From: Eutreptiella sp. 'Long Island Sound 2002' | Lineage: Eukaryota; Protista; Euglenida | Assembly: GCA_964036045.1 (NCBI GenBank) | Contig: OZ038378.1 | Location: forward strand, 172,980,001 to 173,044,000 | Direction: 5' to 3' | DNA length: 64,000 nt | Shown: piece after piece, positions 21,801-33,800 of the stretch | Position numbering within the stretch: the stretch's first letter is position 1 | How the letters are laid out: the number at the start of each line of letters is the position of its first letter | Program-made: the position numbers and the translations under genes | The notes under the pieces: generated by a model | Database searches by the model: none | The model's input: only the letters and a program-made list of their open reading frames with translations | Told to the model about the DNA's origin: nothing

Positions 21801-24800
21801 TGCGACTTGGTCCGGTCCTTGCGCTTTTTCTCAACACCTCACCGGCCTTGCAGTGTTTGCCACTGATTAATGCACTACTGATGGTCCTACATTTCCTTGT
21901 TATCTCATGCCACTGCTTTATCTCCCAAAAAGTGTTCCGCATTCTGTGCAAGATGTGCAAGATGTCTCGTGCACATCGTGAAGGCTAGAAGGTGCAACGG
22001 GCAAGCATCAAACACAAATATGGACAAAAGCACGTGCACTGCGCACGCACCGTGCGTCGTGTTTCCCTCACTTTTGTGGTAGGCCAACGTTGATAAAAAT
22101 TTCCACCGGGCATCTTTACTGCCAGTGGAAATAATGGTCCCTGTCTTGAGCCCTTTCCCCCACCCACAACCAACCGCACAGCTTTGAGGGGTCCAATTGA
22201 CCCCCCCCCCCCCCCGAGTTGAAAACGCGCTGACCCCATTATCAATAATGATGCACGTTAATGTTTGGCAAAACACTCGTAGCCAACCAATGGTTTGGGA
22301 TAAACCGTTAAAATCCCTAGGGGCCCATCCGGACTGGTTCCACTGCAATCCACCAACAGTTCCAAAATATCATAACCCAGAATGATTGCCATGTCATGCT
22401 GACCATTTTGAGAGTTTTGTGTTGGCATAAAACATCGCCCCCCCCCCCCCAAAAAAAATTCAACAGACCAGTGCTTTTGGCACTTGTGGGCTTTATTGGG
22501 CAATCGATGTTCCGAAAGGAGGGTGAGGGGCATCCATGGACCGGGACTGGTGGTCCCTAAAGATGCAACCTCAGGCATATCTCTCAGGGACATTCAGTTT
22601 GTGCCAACGCGGAGGGGTTTGGCACTTTTTGGGAAGTTTTGCAAGTTTCGCTTCAATGTGTGGAAATAAGCACACATACCCCCTAATTTTGAGGGTGGGG
22701 AACTGAAACACGTTTTGGAAGGGTTTTAGATGGGTAGGGTGGATTTTAGGGCCTACCAAGGGTTGAAAGGGCTAAAAATGGGGCATGAAATCATCCTACC
22801 CAGGATGGGGCATGCCATCAGCCTAGGCCACTGAGGGACAAAATTGGAGATGTGAGCCATTGTTCACCCCTAAAGGTGACTTTGAATGATGGAAATGAGC
22901 AAAAAGGAAGGGGAATGTTTCCAATTTCCATCGCGTGGGGGGACTAAAGGGTAGGGATGGGGTATTTTTAGGGGTAAAATGGCTATTTTTAGCACTCGCG
23001 GTAGGATCTTATCAGCAGTAATGTGGTACCCCATGTTTTTTCATAAGTTTGCCCTCGTACAGCACACCCACTGTCACAACCTTCTCCGAAACATACTTTT
23101 TTGAGCCCCCCACCCAATGGGTTCCTTTTCCAGTGTTGGCCTGTTCTATGCTTTCTACCACCTCCCAACACACTCAAAAGTGATGGGTTGCACACTACAG
23201 CAATTGCCCCCCCCCCCCCCATGGGAAATGCGTCATTTGCATATCTCTCAGGGTTTGTGCCAACACGGAGGGTTTTCGGATGTCAGAGCCATTGTCGCCT
23301 CATTTGTGTCCACTGAGTATCTAGTAGGTAGGGGATGTTGGGAATATTCGAATAGCCCTTGAGTCGGGCTTTTCGGAGATGTATGGGCTGGGGAGGGGGG
23401 TCCGGAACCGTATGTTTTCGAAAATTGACTGTTACCATTGACGGTTTGAGTTTTTTGCCTGTTTCAATTAGGTTTCAGACATTCTTGCCCCCCCGTATCC
23501 CCACTACTGGGTGGGCTTTTGGGGGAGTTGAGGAACCCCTCCTCCCCTATTTTTGGGGCCCTCATTGTCATCGACCCAAAAGCAGAGAAACCACATTTGG
23601 CACCCAAAAGAAATCAAAGTGGGTTCACAGCAGTGCCAAACAGACTTGCAAGTAGCGTCCACCCGGTCAGACGTGATCACAAGGAAGTGGATCCTACTCA
23701 GTCTGACACGGGATGTTGCTTGTTCCTCTCGAGTTCGGGTTGCGGCAGCAGCAGATATCACTGAGAGCCACATGGTACGGGGCCGTCTCCGAATGAAACT
23801 CACTTCCCCAGCCAGGCACTGGTGTCTGGTGCCAAAACGTTAAATGTGCCAACGGGCTTCCGTTCAGTCCTGCACCGTGGTCTAGAAGGACATCCTGCAA
23901 GACTTGGACGTCCTTCAAGCCCCCCAAATAGCCCGCTCCACGTCAACAGCAGACCCCCCTTCCCCCGTTCACGGTGTGGGAAGGACTGAATGTGAAGCCT
24001 GGCAGGGGAGTAGACTGGTGCCATTGTGGGCAGTGGGGCTGACATTCCACTGCCATGCACAAAAGCGCCCCCCACAAGTGTGTGGGTCAATATACTCCGT
24101 ATAATAATATGCATCGCACTTCTCAGACGCTTTTGACAACACAACCCACGCACATTTTCTTTTTCCTCACAATCATTTGGCGTTGCAGTGCTGGGGGGCA
24201 TCAGTGGTTGCCCAAACATGTGAAGCCACATGGTCCCATTGACCGAAGAGTGAGCACTGAATACAAAACCGCATAAGATGCACCAAAAATGCTCGCACTT
24301 TAGTACAACTCATCAGCACCGCCATGTGGTGATCAGGGAGACCGGGGGGAATGGGGGGAGACGATTTGATCGGTCCGCACCCGGCGGAATAACGCGCCTT
24401 TATGGACCCCCAACCGGGGTCCCCTCAAGGGGAGGCGGCAGGGAAGTAGGGTCTGGTGTTGCTGTGGCAGGATCTGCCAGTAGTACTAGGGGAGGAGAGC
24501 GTGCAGCATTTGGAATGCTGATGCTCCGGTGTACACGCACATACCAATTGGTTCTGTTTACTTGCAGTGATCAGGTGCAACTTGCCTTCAATGCCCAACC
24601 GGCATCCGTGATCCGATAAAATGCGATAACAGATGCTGTGGATCGTGCCTATGGGAACGAGACGGCAGTGAATCAAACGCGACTGCCCAACTGTCCCCCA
24701 CCAAAACAGTGGCCAAGCAGCGACGGGAAATGAATGACCACTGTCGCCATCTGCCGTGTTGCAAGTCAACACGTTTGCCGCGCTGCCACCCTCCCTCCCT

Positions 24801-27800
24801 CCTCCCACGCTTGTGGGCTGAGCGACATTTGAGTCGTCCAACGGTGCCCACAAATATTTATTTGAGGGGCCCTGGGCGTCATCCCGACCCTTTGCTTGCA
24901 CCAGCGCCACAGCCCCCATTTCCATGTGCGGCGGGCAAGCTTCGGCCTTGTCTGAGCTACGGGAGGCGTAGGGGCCCCAAACCCTTGTCTTATGTGGTTG
25001 CCGCAAAGTTGGTACCGAAATACAGTACGTCCCCAATGAATACGGTTCCTACGCCCGCTGCAGCTTGGACAAAGATGGCGGATAGTCATAGCGCGCGCCG
25101 GATCACTATGCTCCGCGCGCAGAGCAGGCATACCCTTGCAAACGGGGCTGGAGGCAAGGAGAAGCTGAAGCCACAACGATCACCGTGCGGGCCAGACCGG
25201 GCGCTGCAAGCGCAGGAGCACTGGCACACAAGGCAACGCGCAAATCGCGCGTACACACCGACGGTGATGCCCTCTGTCAGCAGCGTGTCCAGCCGCTGTT
25301 GCATCTCCTTGGCGGCCTTTTTGGTGAAGGTGACGAGCAGGACGTGCTGCGCCGGGATTTGCCATTCCGGCCCCAAATAGTGTTGAACTCTGCAGAACAA
25401 AACAGCGAAGTGACAGTGCCCGAGGCACTTCGTGGGGGAAGAACAGTGATCTGAGACGCCCCCGAAAAAGTGATTTCGGAAGATATTAAGTGGCAGTACT
25501 TTGGCCGGTCAGGTGGTCACTTGATAATTAACGGTGCAACGTGGCTCCAGGCAATAGCTCAAGACGGTAACTCACCGGTTCCGCTGGCAACTCTCACTCA
25601 CTCACTCACTCGCTCACTCACTCACTCACTCACTCACACACACACACACACACTCTCTCTCTCTCTGTCTCTCTGTCTCTCTCTCTCTTTCTGGCTCTCA
25701 TACGTGCTGTATACAGCGCGTATGGCACACGCGCTCATATTATCTGCTCCACTGTGCCCCACATGGCACGGGGCGTCTCATTACCAGACCAGGTCTGATG
25801 CATTTGGCTGCCAGTACTCATTGCTCTCGCGCCTCCTGCCACCTCCTCCAACTGTTCCCTTGATGCATTCCTGGCTGTGCCTTCACACTCCTAACCCCAC
25901 GCTTCTCTGCATTCGCCACTGCGTCGGTGCGATGTGACCGGCGGATTTGGGGGCACACATCTTGTGCCACTCGGTGTTCTCTCGCAACAGCGCCTTCTCT
26001 GGGGCGCGCAGTGCCGCAGCGACACCTCGTGTGGCAGGGGCGGTGGGTGTCACCAACTCCACCGAGGCCCCTTTGTGCCAGAAATGTCCGTCGAGGGGGC
26101 ACTAAATGCCGGGACCCATCGCAAGGGGCGTGAGGCACAACGGGGCAGCCGCCACACCTGGCGCACAACGTGTGGGTCTTCCCACTGCCCGGGCCTGCGA
26201 GGATCAGCAGCGGCTGATGAGGATCAACTGCGACGCACTCCTTCTGAGACTCGTCTAGCGATAGCCGCATTTTGCATGTGGCACAAAGGGACCTGAGCGG
26301 CAAAGAGGTACAACGCCCCACCCAAGTGCTGACCTACAGGCAATCGGTGGGGGGCCGGGATGGGACGGGGGTGTGTCCGCCGCCACCAGAGGATTGATGC
26401 TGTCTGAAGCACCCACCATCACACTGACAGTTTGGCTCCTTCTCAGGGAATTGCAGGCTTCTCCGCACAGAAGCGGGATGCCTGTCTTCCACGCTGCTGT
26501 ACCCGCTCGCTGCTTTCATGAAGCGCTGTGTGCCCACAAACTGAGTCCTGCATTGCTAGAGCATTGGATGAAGTCCCATGCCCCCATGCCTACCACCCAT
26601 CCCCCCTTGTCTAAGATACGGCCAATTACTATAATTTTCACTGAACACCCGAAGGCTTTCTTTCAGCATCATGAGACAGTGGATAGCCCGTCTGAAATGT
26701 GTGCCATTCGTGCAGGCAGAAATGGTTGGAATGACAAGGTCTCAGCTGCAGGAGCATAAAGCATTGCCTCTGGACGGACGGGAATACACAGAAGCGTCAA
26801 TTCCTCACCCTACGTGCGGGGATGATGCGTTTCCTTTCCATGCGAATTTTGTTTTTCAGGGATCTCGATTCGTTTCGAGAAGAGCTTCGTTTCTTTACGA
26901 CCAGAGTGCGAGAGTCGCTGATTTGGTGCAGCATTTTGGGGAATGGCATCGTTCCATGGCTTGATGAGAAGGCTTCAGTTGCCCTTTGATGGGCGTCTAC
27001 ACGTCGGAAGTTGGTGGCCTTTTGCGTCTGCTAGTGTGACCGACCACCCACCCCACACCCGCACCCACACCCACCTCCAAGGCGGTGGGGGGGCGGGCGC
27101 CCCCAGCCAGGGGAGTAATCCGGTCGGGCGGGCGGGGTATCGCTCCTTTTGGTTGTGCCGCACAGAACCACAGTACAGTTCCAGCACATTGTTGGAAACG
27201 AGTCGTTCAATCTTACCCCATGCCTCTGCACACGCCTGTGCCCGTGCCTGTGCTTGAACCTACTGATCTTATCGAATCGGCGAAGTTTGGGGAAATGGCC
27301 ACAACGTCGGTGCATTTTGTGGATTGAAGTAAAAAGACCCACTTTCATCAACGTGAGAAATCGCTGTCCTATGTTTGCCCATTTCCAGCACCAACATCAC
27401 CAATGGGGCTCCACCCGGTTCCGTACGCCAGGTGGTGAATGTCTACAGAGGTCCTGCTGGTGGCAGGGGCCTTGGGCCAACGTGCACGGTGTGCACACAG
27501 CAATTACCGCGCACCTTCGTGCGCCTGGGCACATACTCAATGCAAAAGGCAACGCCCCACACTCCAGCACCATGGGCCCCAATCCGTCACCATCATGATG
27601 CAAAAACTGCAGCATTCAACCGTTGCCAGCGATGCAAACTATGCACAACAGGCCACACACGTCAGAGTGCCGCGGATAAAAAGTAAAATCGACATCGGAG
27701 TGCAGACCAGCGCCTCAAACGGTGCACAAGACATCAGTCATCAGCACCAGTCGTGCAGCTCCAGGGAAACGTCCGTATGGAAAGGCAGTGGTAAGGCAAA

Positions 27801-28817
27801 GGGCGACAAGTGGGTCAGGTCTAACAGGGGTGCATGGCAAGGGTAACGGCGGCAGCAGGCGAAGTTGGCTATGCTGTGCGGGCTGCACAGGGAGCCTCAG
27901 TCCTACAAAGTGGAACTTGTTGGCCCTCTTGTCGTCACCGCCTCGTAAACACCCCTGCACAGGAGCTTAGCAACGCTCTCCCCCGCCGCACACACACAGG
28001 GCATGCGAAAAAGTAGTTCTCCAGCCGGGAATCGAACCCCTGAATGCTGCCCCCTTCACTACCCAGCTGCTGCTGACGATAGCAGCTGTGCAAGAGTCAT
28101 GGGGTCAGTAGGTGCGGTCCTGCGACCCCCATGCGCTGTCGAATGCAAGAAAAGTAACCCGCTCCCCAGGTCATCTGTGGGGACGCTAACATACCGATCA
28201 ATCCAAACCTCCCGCTGTGCGCAACACAGCGTCCCCCCTCCACTTCCATCCCCCCTCCAATGCAAAATGACCCAATGAACCACATAGTCCCTCACAGCGC
28301 TTCGCACGGTTTTTCTGTGTATTGGAAAGCAGTGTACTCGTCCGATCACAAGCCCGTTCCAGGACGTGCCACTTGCTTCTGTGGCGACGGGTCAGGGAAG
28401 CCGCTGGGTGTGAGTGTGGGTGTTGAGGGGGGGGGGGGGGGTTGCGTTGGGTTGGACCAAGGCCTCCCCTGGTCGTCTGGGCCCCCGATCGGCGCTCGCG
28501 TACCTGCGCGACTCGACTGGGCTCGGCGAATCCCGGCTGTCCGGGCACAACGCCTGCCCGACCGCCGACAGCCCCCAAACCCGCTGTGGCACTCGCAAGA
28601 GGGAGACACTGCTGTGCCTGTGTGTGTGGAGTGCGTGATGCTGCGGGGAGGCGGACATCAGGCACACGTCGTTGCTGCCTTGTGGGTAGGGGGATTGTGT
28701 GTTTGCCTGGTGCTCCGGGCCCCGGTGGGGGGGGGGGGGGGGGGCAGGGGAGCCTTACACTGCGCCCCCCGGGGGAGACCTGGGCCCGGGCACGCCACCT
28801 CCGGGTCTCAGGGACAT
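15835..28817 (-). CDS. UvrD/PcrA/Srs2-type superfamily-1 DNA helicase, 5' portion (multi-exon)
   Basis: Phase-consistent GT-AG exons: 26292-26158 (LDESQKECV..LLILAGPGSGKTHTLCAR, Q motif + Walker A), 25389-25259 (VLLVTFTKKAAKEMQQRL, motif Ia), 24648-24545 (GTIHSICYRIL), 17292-17166, 16067-15835 (LLDFTDII..YVLVDEFQDVS, Walker B). Upstream exons 28817-28799, 28553-28504 and ~28174, ~27954 are tentative. Motifs III-VI were not found in the window. Confidence 0.88.
16696..16950. mobile_element. Short interspersed repeat with imperfect terminal inverted repeats (MITE-like); related copy at ~61562-61829
   Basis: Ends GGGGTCCTTTTAA..TTAAAAGGAGCCCTG. Internal GTGGTGCTGAGTTTTAGAGG..GGCGCCAGAGAAATTTTTGATTGGCC is shared with the 61.6-61.8 kb copy. 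No clear TSD. Confidence 0.6.
18870..19870. repeat. 42-bp (variant 49-bp) GC-rich minisatellite, ~23 copies
   Basis: Unit TGTGCGCTCTGGGCACAGGG(C/T)GGAGGGCAGGTTCCC.T/GCCC with starts at 19041, 19083, 19125. The 49-bp variant duplicates GCGGAGG. Confidence 0.95.
20750..22950. repeat. AT-richer probable interspersed-repeat block in a helicase intron
   Basis: Composition shift, internally recurring motifs (GGCTCAAAATGGGCTAAAACCA at ~20950 and ~21240), no coherent ORF. Family not identified. Confidence 0.4.
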
Positions 28818-30857
28818 GCTGCAAAGCCCCCCCACGACCTGCGGGCACGGGGATGGCTGAGGCACAGCGCACGATTGAGCAGGACCCACACCTCCGGATT
28901 GCCAGTCGGCACAGGTGATGCTGCCGCGCGGCCGGGCCCTCACGCGCGCGGCGAAGCGCCTCGGGCGATTGGAGGGGACCCGGGCCACGCAAAGCACTGC
29001 CCTTCCCCAGGACCGACCCAGGCGAGGCGCCCGGGGTGCGGTGCGACTGCCCGTGTGAGCGGGGGGGAGGGCACACCACCCGAGGGACTGTTCCGGTGTG
29101 GCGTGGAGGGGGGGGGGTGGCAACCTGAAGGCGGTGGGGGGTGGGGGGGGGGGTCAATAGAGTGCCGTGAAAGAAATTGTGGACCATTTTGTAGCGTGTG
29201 CGACGACTGTAGCATTCAGAAACGGACAGTTCTGCAACACATAACGCTCCAAAATGCGCAGTGAACCCCTCCGCCCAGAGGCCGTTTAGAGAGTTCGTGG
29301 GAAGAAGTGTGGGGCGTCCACATAACTTCCGCTTCCCCGAGTAGATGACAGTGCGTCCCTTCTTTCTACAATCTGAACTCCGGCGTCCCGGTGGACTACT
29401 GCCATTTTGAGAGGCTGGGCCTGACTGACAAGAGTCTCGGACTTCTTAGCCCCACCGTTGCAGCTGCGTCTCGCATTCCCATCGCCGCCGCGCCGTCATC
29501 TCTCAACATCTGGCGCACCAGGGAAAGGCTCAACAGTGCGAGACCGTCCCCAGCAGTCGCCAAGCGACGTAGTCACTGCCGCCCTTACTCCGCCGGGATC
29601 CAGGCCGTTGTGGTGCACCCTGACGGCCGGGATGCCCAGGCCTGGACACCCCGAGCCTCTTCCTGCGCGTGATACTGCACCTTCGCCCTGCCCTACTCTC
29701 TTCGCGTGGTTCATTTTATGTTCTCCACGTCGCGTGTCTGCAGTCCACAGCGGATCTGGCGGCTTGCTGCCCGTTCCTGTGACGGCCGGACTCATTGCTT
29801 ACCCGTGCGGTCTCTGTTGTGGCATTATGGGACGCCGCAGCAGGAAATTCGGATATCTCCATCGCATGCCACGCAGTAATACTTGCCACCTTTACATCCC
29901 ACGTGTGCCGAGAAGATGATATCCAGTTCACTCAGTAGGACCCCCCCACCCCCGGTGCATAAGAGGGGGGACAAGCACCCCTTCTCCACAAGTAGGTACT
30001 GCCCGATGCCTTCTCCAATCCCCCATTGGTGCTCGGTGGCGGACACCAATGGCAAATCTGCCCTCCTAGATTTGGCGGTGTACACGCTGTGCGCTGCGCT
30101 TCTGAACACCCCTGCAGCATTGCCCTGCTACTGCACTGGTTCCGGGGGCTGCACGTCGACTGACTTTTATCTTTCAGTAATGAGTGTTTTCTGTACATAA
30201 GAAAATCCAGCGCACATTGGCTTTGCTTGTGTTGGGTTGGCCCAACCCACCTTCTCCACCCCGCCTTTCCTGAGGCAGATCTGTGGGCCCGAGTGTGATG
30301 GATCCAAAGTCAGCTCTGAGATTGCAGGGAGGCGGGGGTGCCATGCGCCGAGCAGTCATGGGTTGCAGAGTCGTAGCAAACACGACCATGCAACGAAGTA
30401 GCCCCACTGTAGGCCTTGTGTTCAGACTCACCCTGTTCACGAACTGCCTGGCAAGAGCTACCCGCCCTACCCTTTGAGAAATACCCGTCTGCGAGCGACG
30501 GTATCCCCAACCCCCCCGGCCTCGGGGGGAAACACAAGGGACCTGGGACACGAAACAAGACATGCAAACATGAGGGGGTATGATCCACAGAATGTATAGA
30601 ATTGTTTGTTGGGATGTGTGTACACGTCTACTGAGAGACGGGCACTGTGTGCCATGTTTTCTGGCGCGACTACTTGACTTTGGGGTACTGGCACAGGTCC
30701 GCCCACAGTACGCCAACGAAGGGGTGTACTGTGAGTCTTGTGTAACAATTTGCAAATTCTGCATCAAATCAATGCCAAACTTCTCAAATTCTGCATAAAT
30801 CGCCTTCGTGTGAAACAAAATGCGCAATGCGCCCCCCACCCCCACCCCCCCCGCATC

Positions 30858-33800
30858 TCAGCCCTCCCGGTCGGACGGACGTCCGGACCAGTGCCGGGGA
30901 TTGGCCGGGCAGCCGGGGGGCTCCAGAAGATGTGCCTGCCACGCCTCGTCCCCTGCAGGCAAGTTCTGGTGGCACAGCGGGCAGCGCTGCTGCCCCGGGC
31001 CCGGGGGCGGCGCGCACCCCGTCTGCATGTGGGCCTCGTAGGTCCCCGCCATCAGGGGATCGCCGCAGCGGTCGCAGCGCCGCACGTCGTCCTGCCGGCC
31101 GCAGTCGCCGTCCTGCAAGTGCTCCGGGAGCTGCAGGATCTCCACCACCTGCACACGTGCACAGGGGCTTGGGAGGGACACAGGGGCATGAGGGGCACGG
31201 CGCGGCTCTGAGGGCACTGAGAAACAGAGGCCTGGTGGCATACTGGGAGGGAACATTGTGTTGCTGGGTGCCGGGGAAGTGTGCCAGGGAAAATTCCGTT
31301 GGGGGGGGGGGGGATTCGCCACCCTTGCCATTCCCAAAGCTCCCGACTGCCTCACACACAGCCGAACGTGCAAACCCAGGCTCCGTTCAGAGGCAGACAG
31401 ATTTGCAAATCAAACGGCCACTGAACGCAGCATTACTGCACAACATCTGAAAGAAGCTGCTGTTCCAAACACTTGCCCAAAAACTATGGACCCGCGGGGT
31501 CATGGACACCCCAGCGCCCGGGACGGTGCATTCCTGCTTATGCGCCACCCGGGGCTCGATCCAGGGATCCCTGATTCAGGGATCATTGGTACGACAGCTG
31601 GGCCACCTGACCTCGTTATTGGGGCCTGGAGACACTGGGACGATGGGAGTTACAGGGGCACTGAGGGATATGGGCGTAGAAGGGTCCTGGGGCTTGGGCC
31701 ATCGGAATTCAAAGGCACGGGGGCAAAGGGGTGCTGAGGGAAGAGAGATGGGGGCGAGGGGAAGCGGGGGGATAGGAAGGATAGGGGGGGGGGGTGAGGA
31801 GACGAGGGGTCTATACCTGCCCACAGGCGCACTCCATCAGCATCGGGCAGTCTCCAGCCCAATGCAACTCCATGTCCTCTTCGCTGCAGCCGGGGAACCG
31901 TCGGAGGCAGAACTGGCACTCCTCTGGGTCGATCTCCACTGGGTCGTCCGGCACGGGGTGCTCGTTCGGTACAGCGTAGCCCTGCATGGGCGCAGCACAC
32001 AGTCAAAGCACACAGCGGGGCTGCAGCAGAAATGCCGTTTGGCTGGGGAAGTGCGTTTCGTGAGGAAGCACCCCCGTACCATGTGCCACTCAGTAATCCC
32101 GCTGCTGTCGCACATGGAACACAGCAGAAATGAGCTGCGCCCGGAGTCTTACTGAGCGGGGCCAGCCAGGGATGCTTTGGGGCGGGGTGGGGGTGGGAGT
32201 CTAGACTAAAGGGTTTGGGTTCCAAAAAACATCCCCTGAATTTTTTTCTTGTATAAGTTTGATTCCCCCCCTGAGGACTTTCTTTTGGGCCCTGGGGGGC
32301 GTGTTGGAACGGAGGGAGGGGGAACGGGGGCATCCCTGTAGAATTATTGGGTTCTAAGGCGTCACTGGGCCCAACCCCTTTTGCTCACGGGCTGCCCTTG
32401 CAGACGCTAGTGGCCAGCCCAGACTGCTGCCCTAGAGCCATGAAGTTCTGATGTCTGCCACCGATGGCATACTTTGGGAGGTGACGGCGGCCTTCCAAAG
32501 TATGCCATCGCGAGATACTGCAGCACAGTGTACCGTTATACCGAGGAGAGCCCAGTGAAATCAGAGAGAAGAACCCAGAGCGAGACTGCACCCACAGCAC
32601 ATAGATCGGGACTGCTCTTGGGGCACATAGAGTGGGACTTCCCCCGGGGCACGACTGCCGCAGGGCACAATGAAAAGCAGCAGCAGCTGTAGCACAACGC
32701 AGTAGAGTTGTCCACAAAGCAATGATGCACCACCACTGCCCCTTAGATCAACAGGCATGGGGACTTGACAGCGGGCTCCTCGTCCGGCCAAGAGATCACC
32801 CCCACCTCCACTTCCTCTCACGTAAGCACCAGGGGGATTCAGGGAAAACGACAGTCAGATGGGGATTCCGTGCTTGAGCACGTCATCTTGCACACTTGCC
32901 CACGAAAAGCGCGGTGAAGGCCACGCTCAGAGGGGGTCGTGGTGCTTAGGAAAGGCCATGCTAGCGCAAAGACGGGTGGTAGGCAGGGCTCACCTTAATG
33001 CAAAAACAAAAATATAAACAGCAAGGCTACAAGCCTCCGATATGCTTGGACCGCAACAAAGCGCCAGCCGACGAGTAACTAACATCGGTCACCGGCAAGC
33101 GCCAACTGCTGTCGGTAAAGGTTCCTGTCAACAAACACCTCTAGCCCTCGGGCAGAAGTGCAAGCATCCGCACTAACCACCATCGAACTCACCAACTCAC
33201 CGGAGCAGGCTTTTGGAGTCTGGAAAAGTGTGGAAAATGGGGGGGGGGGGGGGAACTGGGTTGGAAATGGCGCAAAATGGGGGGGATTGGGGGGGGGCTG
33301 AAAGTGAGAAAAATGGGGGGGAATGGGGAACCATCAACAGATCAGGATGGAACGTGCAGAAACGAGTTCTAGAGTAGGTGACAAAGGTGGAAAATGGGAG
33401 CAAATGGGAGAGAAATGGGAGAAAAATGGGAGAAAAAAGGAGAAAATACCCGTGTGTCACATTCCCATTCCCCCCATTTTTCAAGGGGTCAAAGACCTTT
33501 CCGCAATTCCCTTTGTAAAAATCAAGACACTGCAACCACCGACGGAGACATTGAAAATTTCTACACGCACCGACACACATTGCCACAACGGCTATTGCAA
33601 TTGGTTGTTAGTTCCTAAAAGACATACCTGGGCGTAGGGCAGAAGCGGAGGGGTAGTACCGATGAAGGCACACATAATGCCGCACATGCACACATCGTAC
33701 CTCTGCCTAGTGGGCTAGTTGTGCCACCAAGGCACATTTTCCCAAAGCCCTCGTGCAACACTGGTGTCCACCAATGCACACCAGCAGGCCTTGAAGTCGT

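Noticed and set aside
32167-32338. CAGGGATGC..GCATCCCTG element as a fresh hAT insertion
   Set aside because: It has a short TIR but no target-site duplication, so it is treated as an old repeat only.
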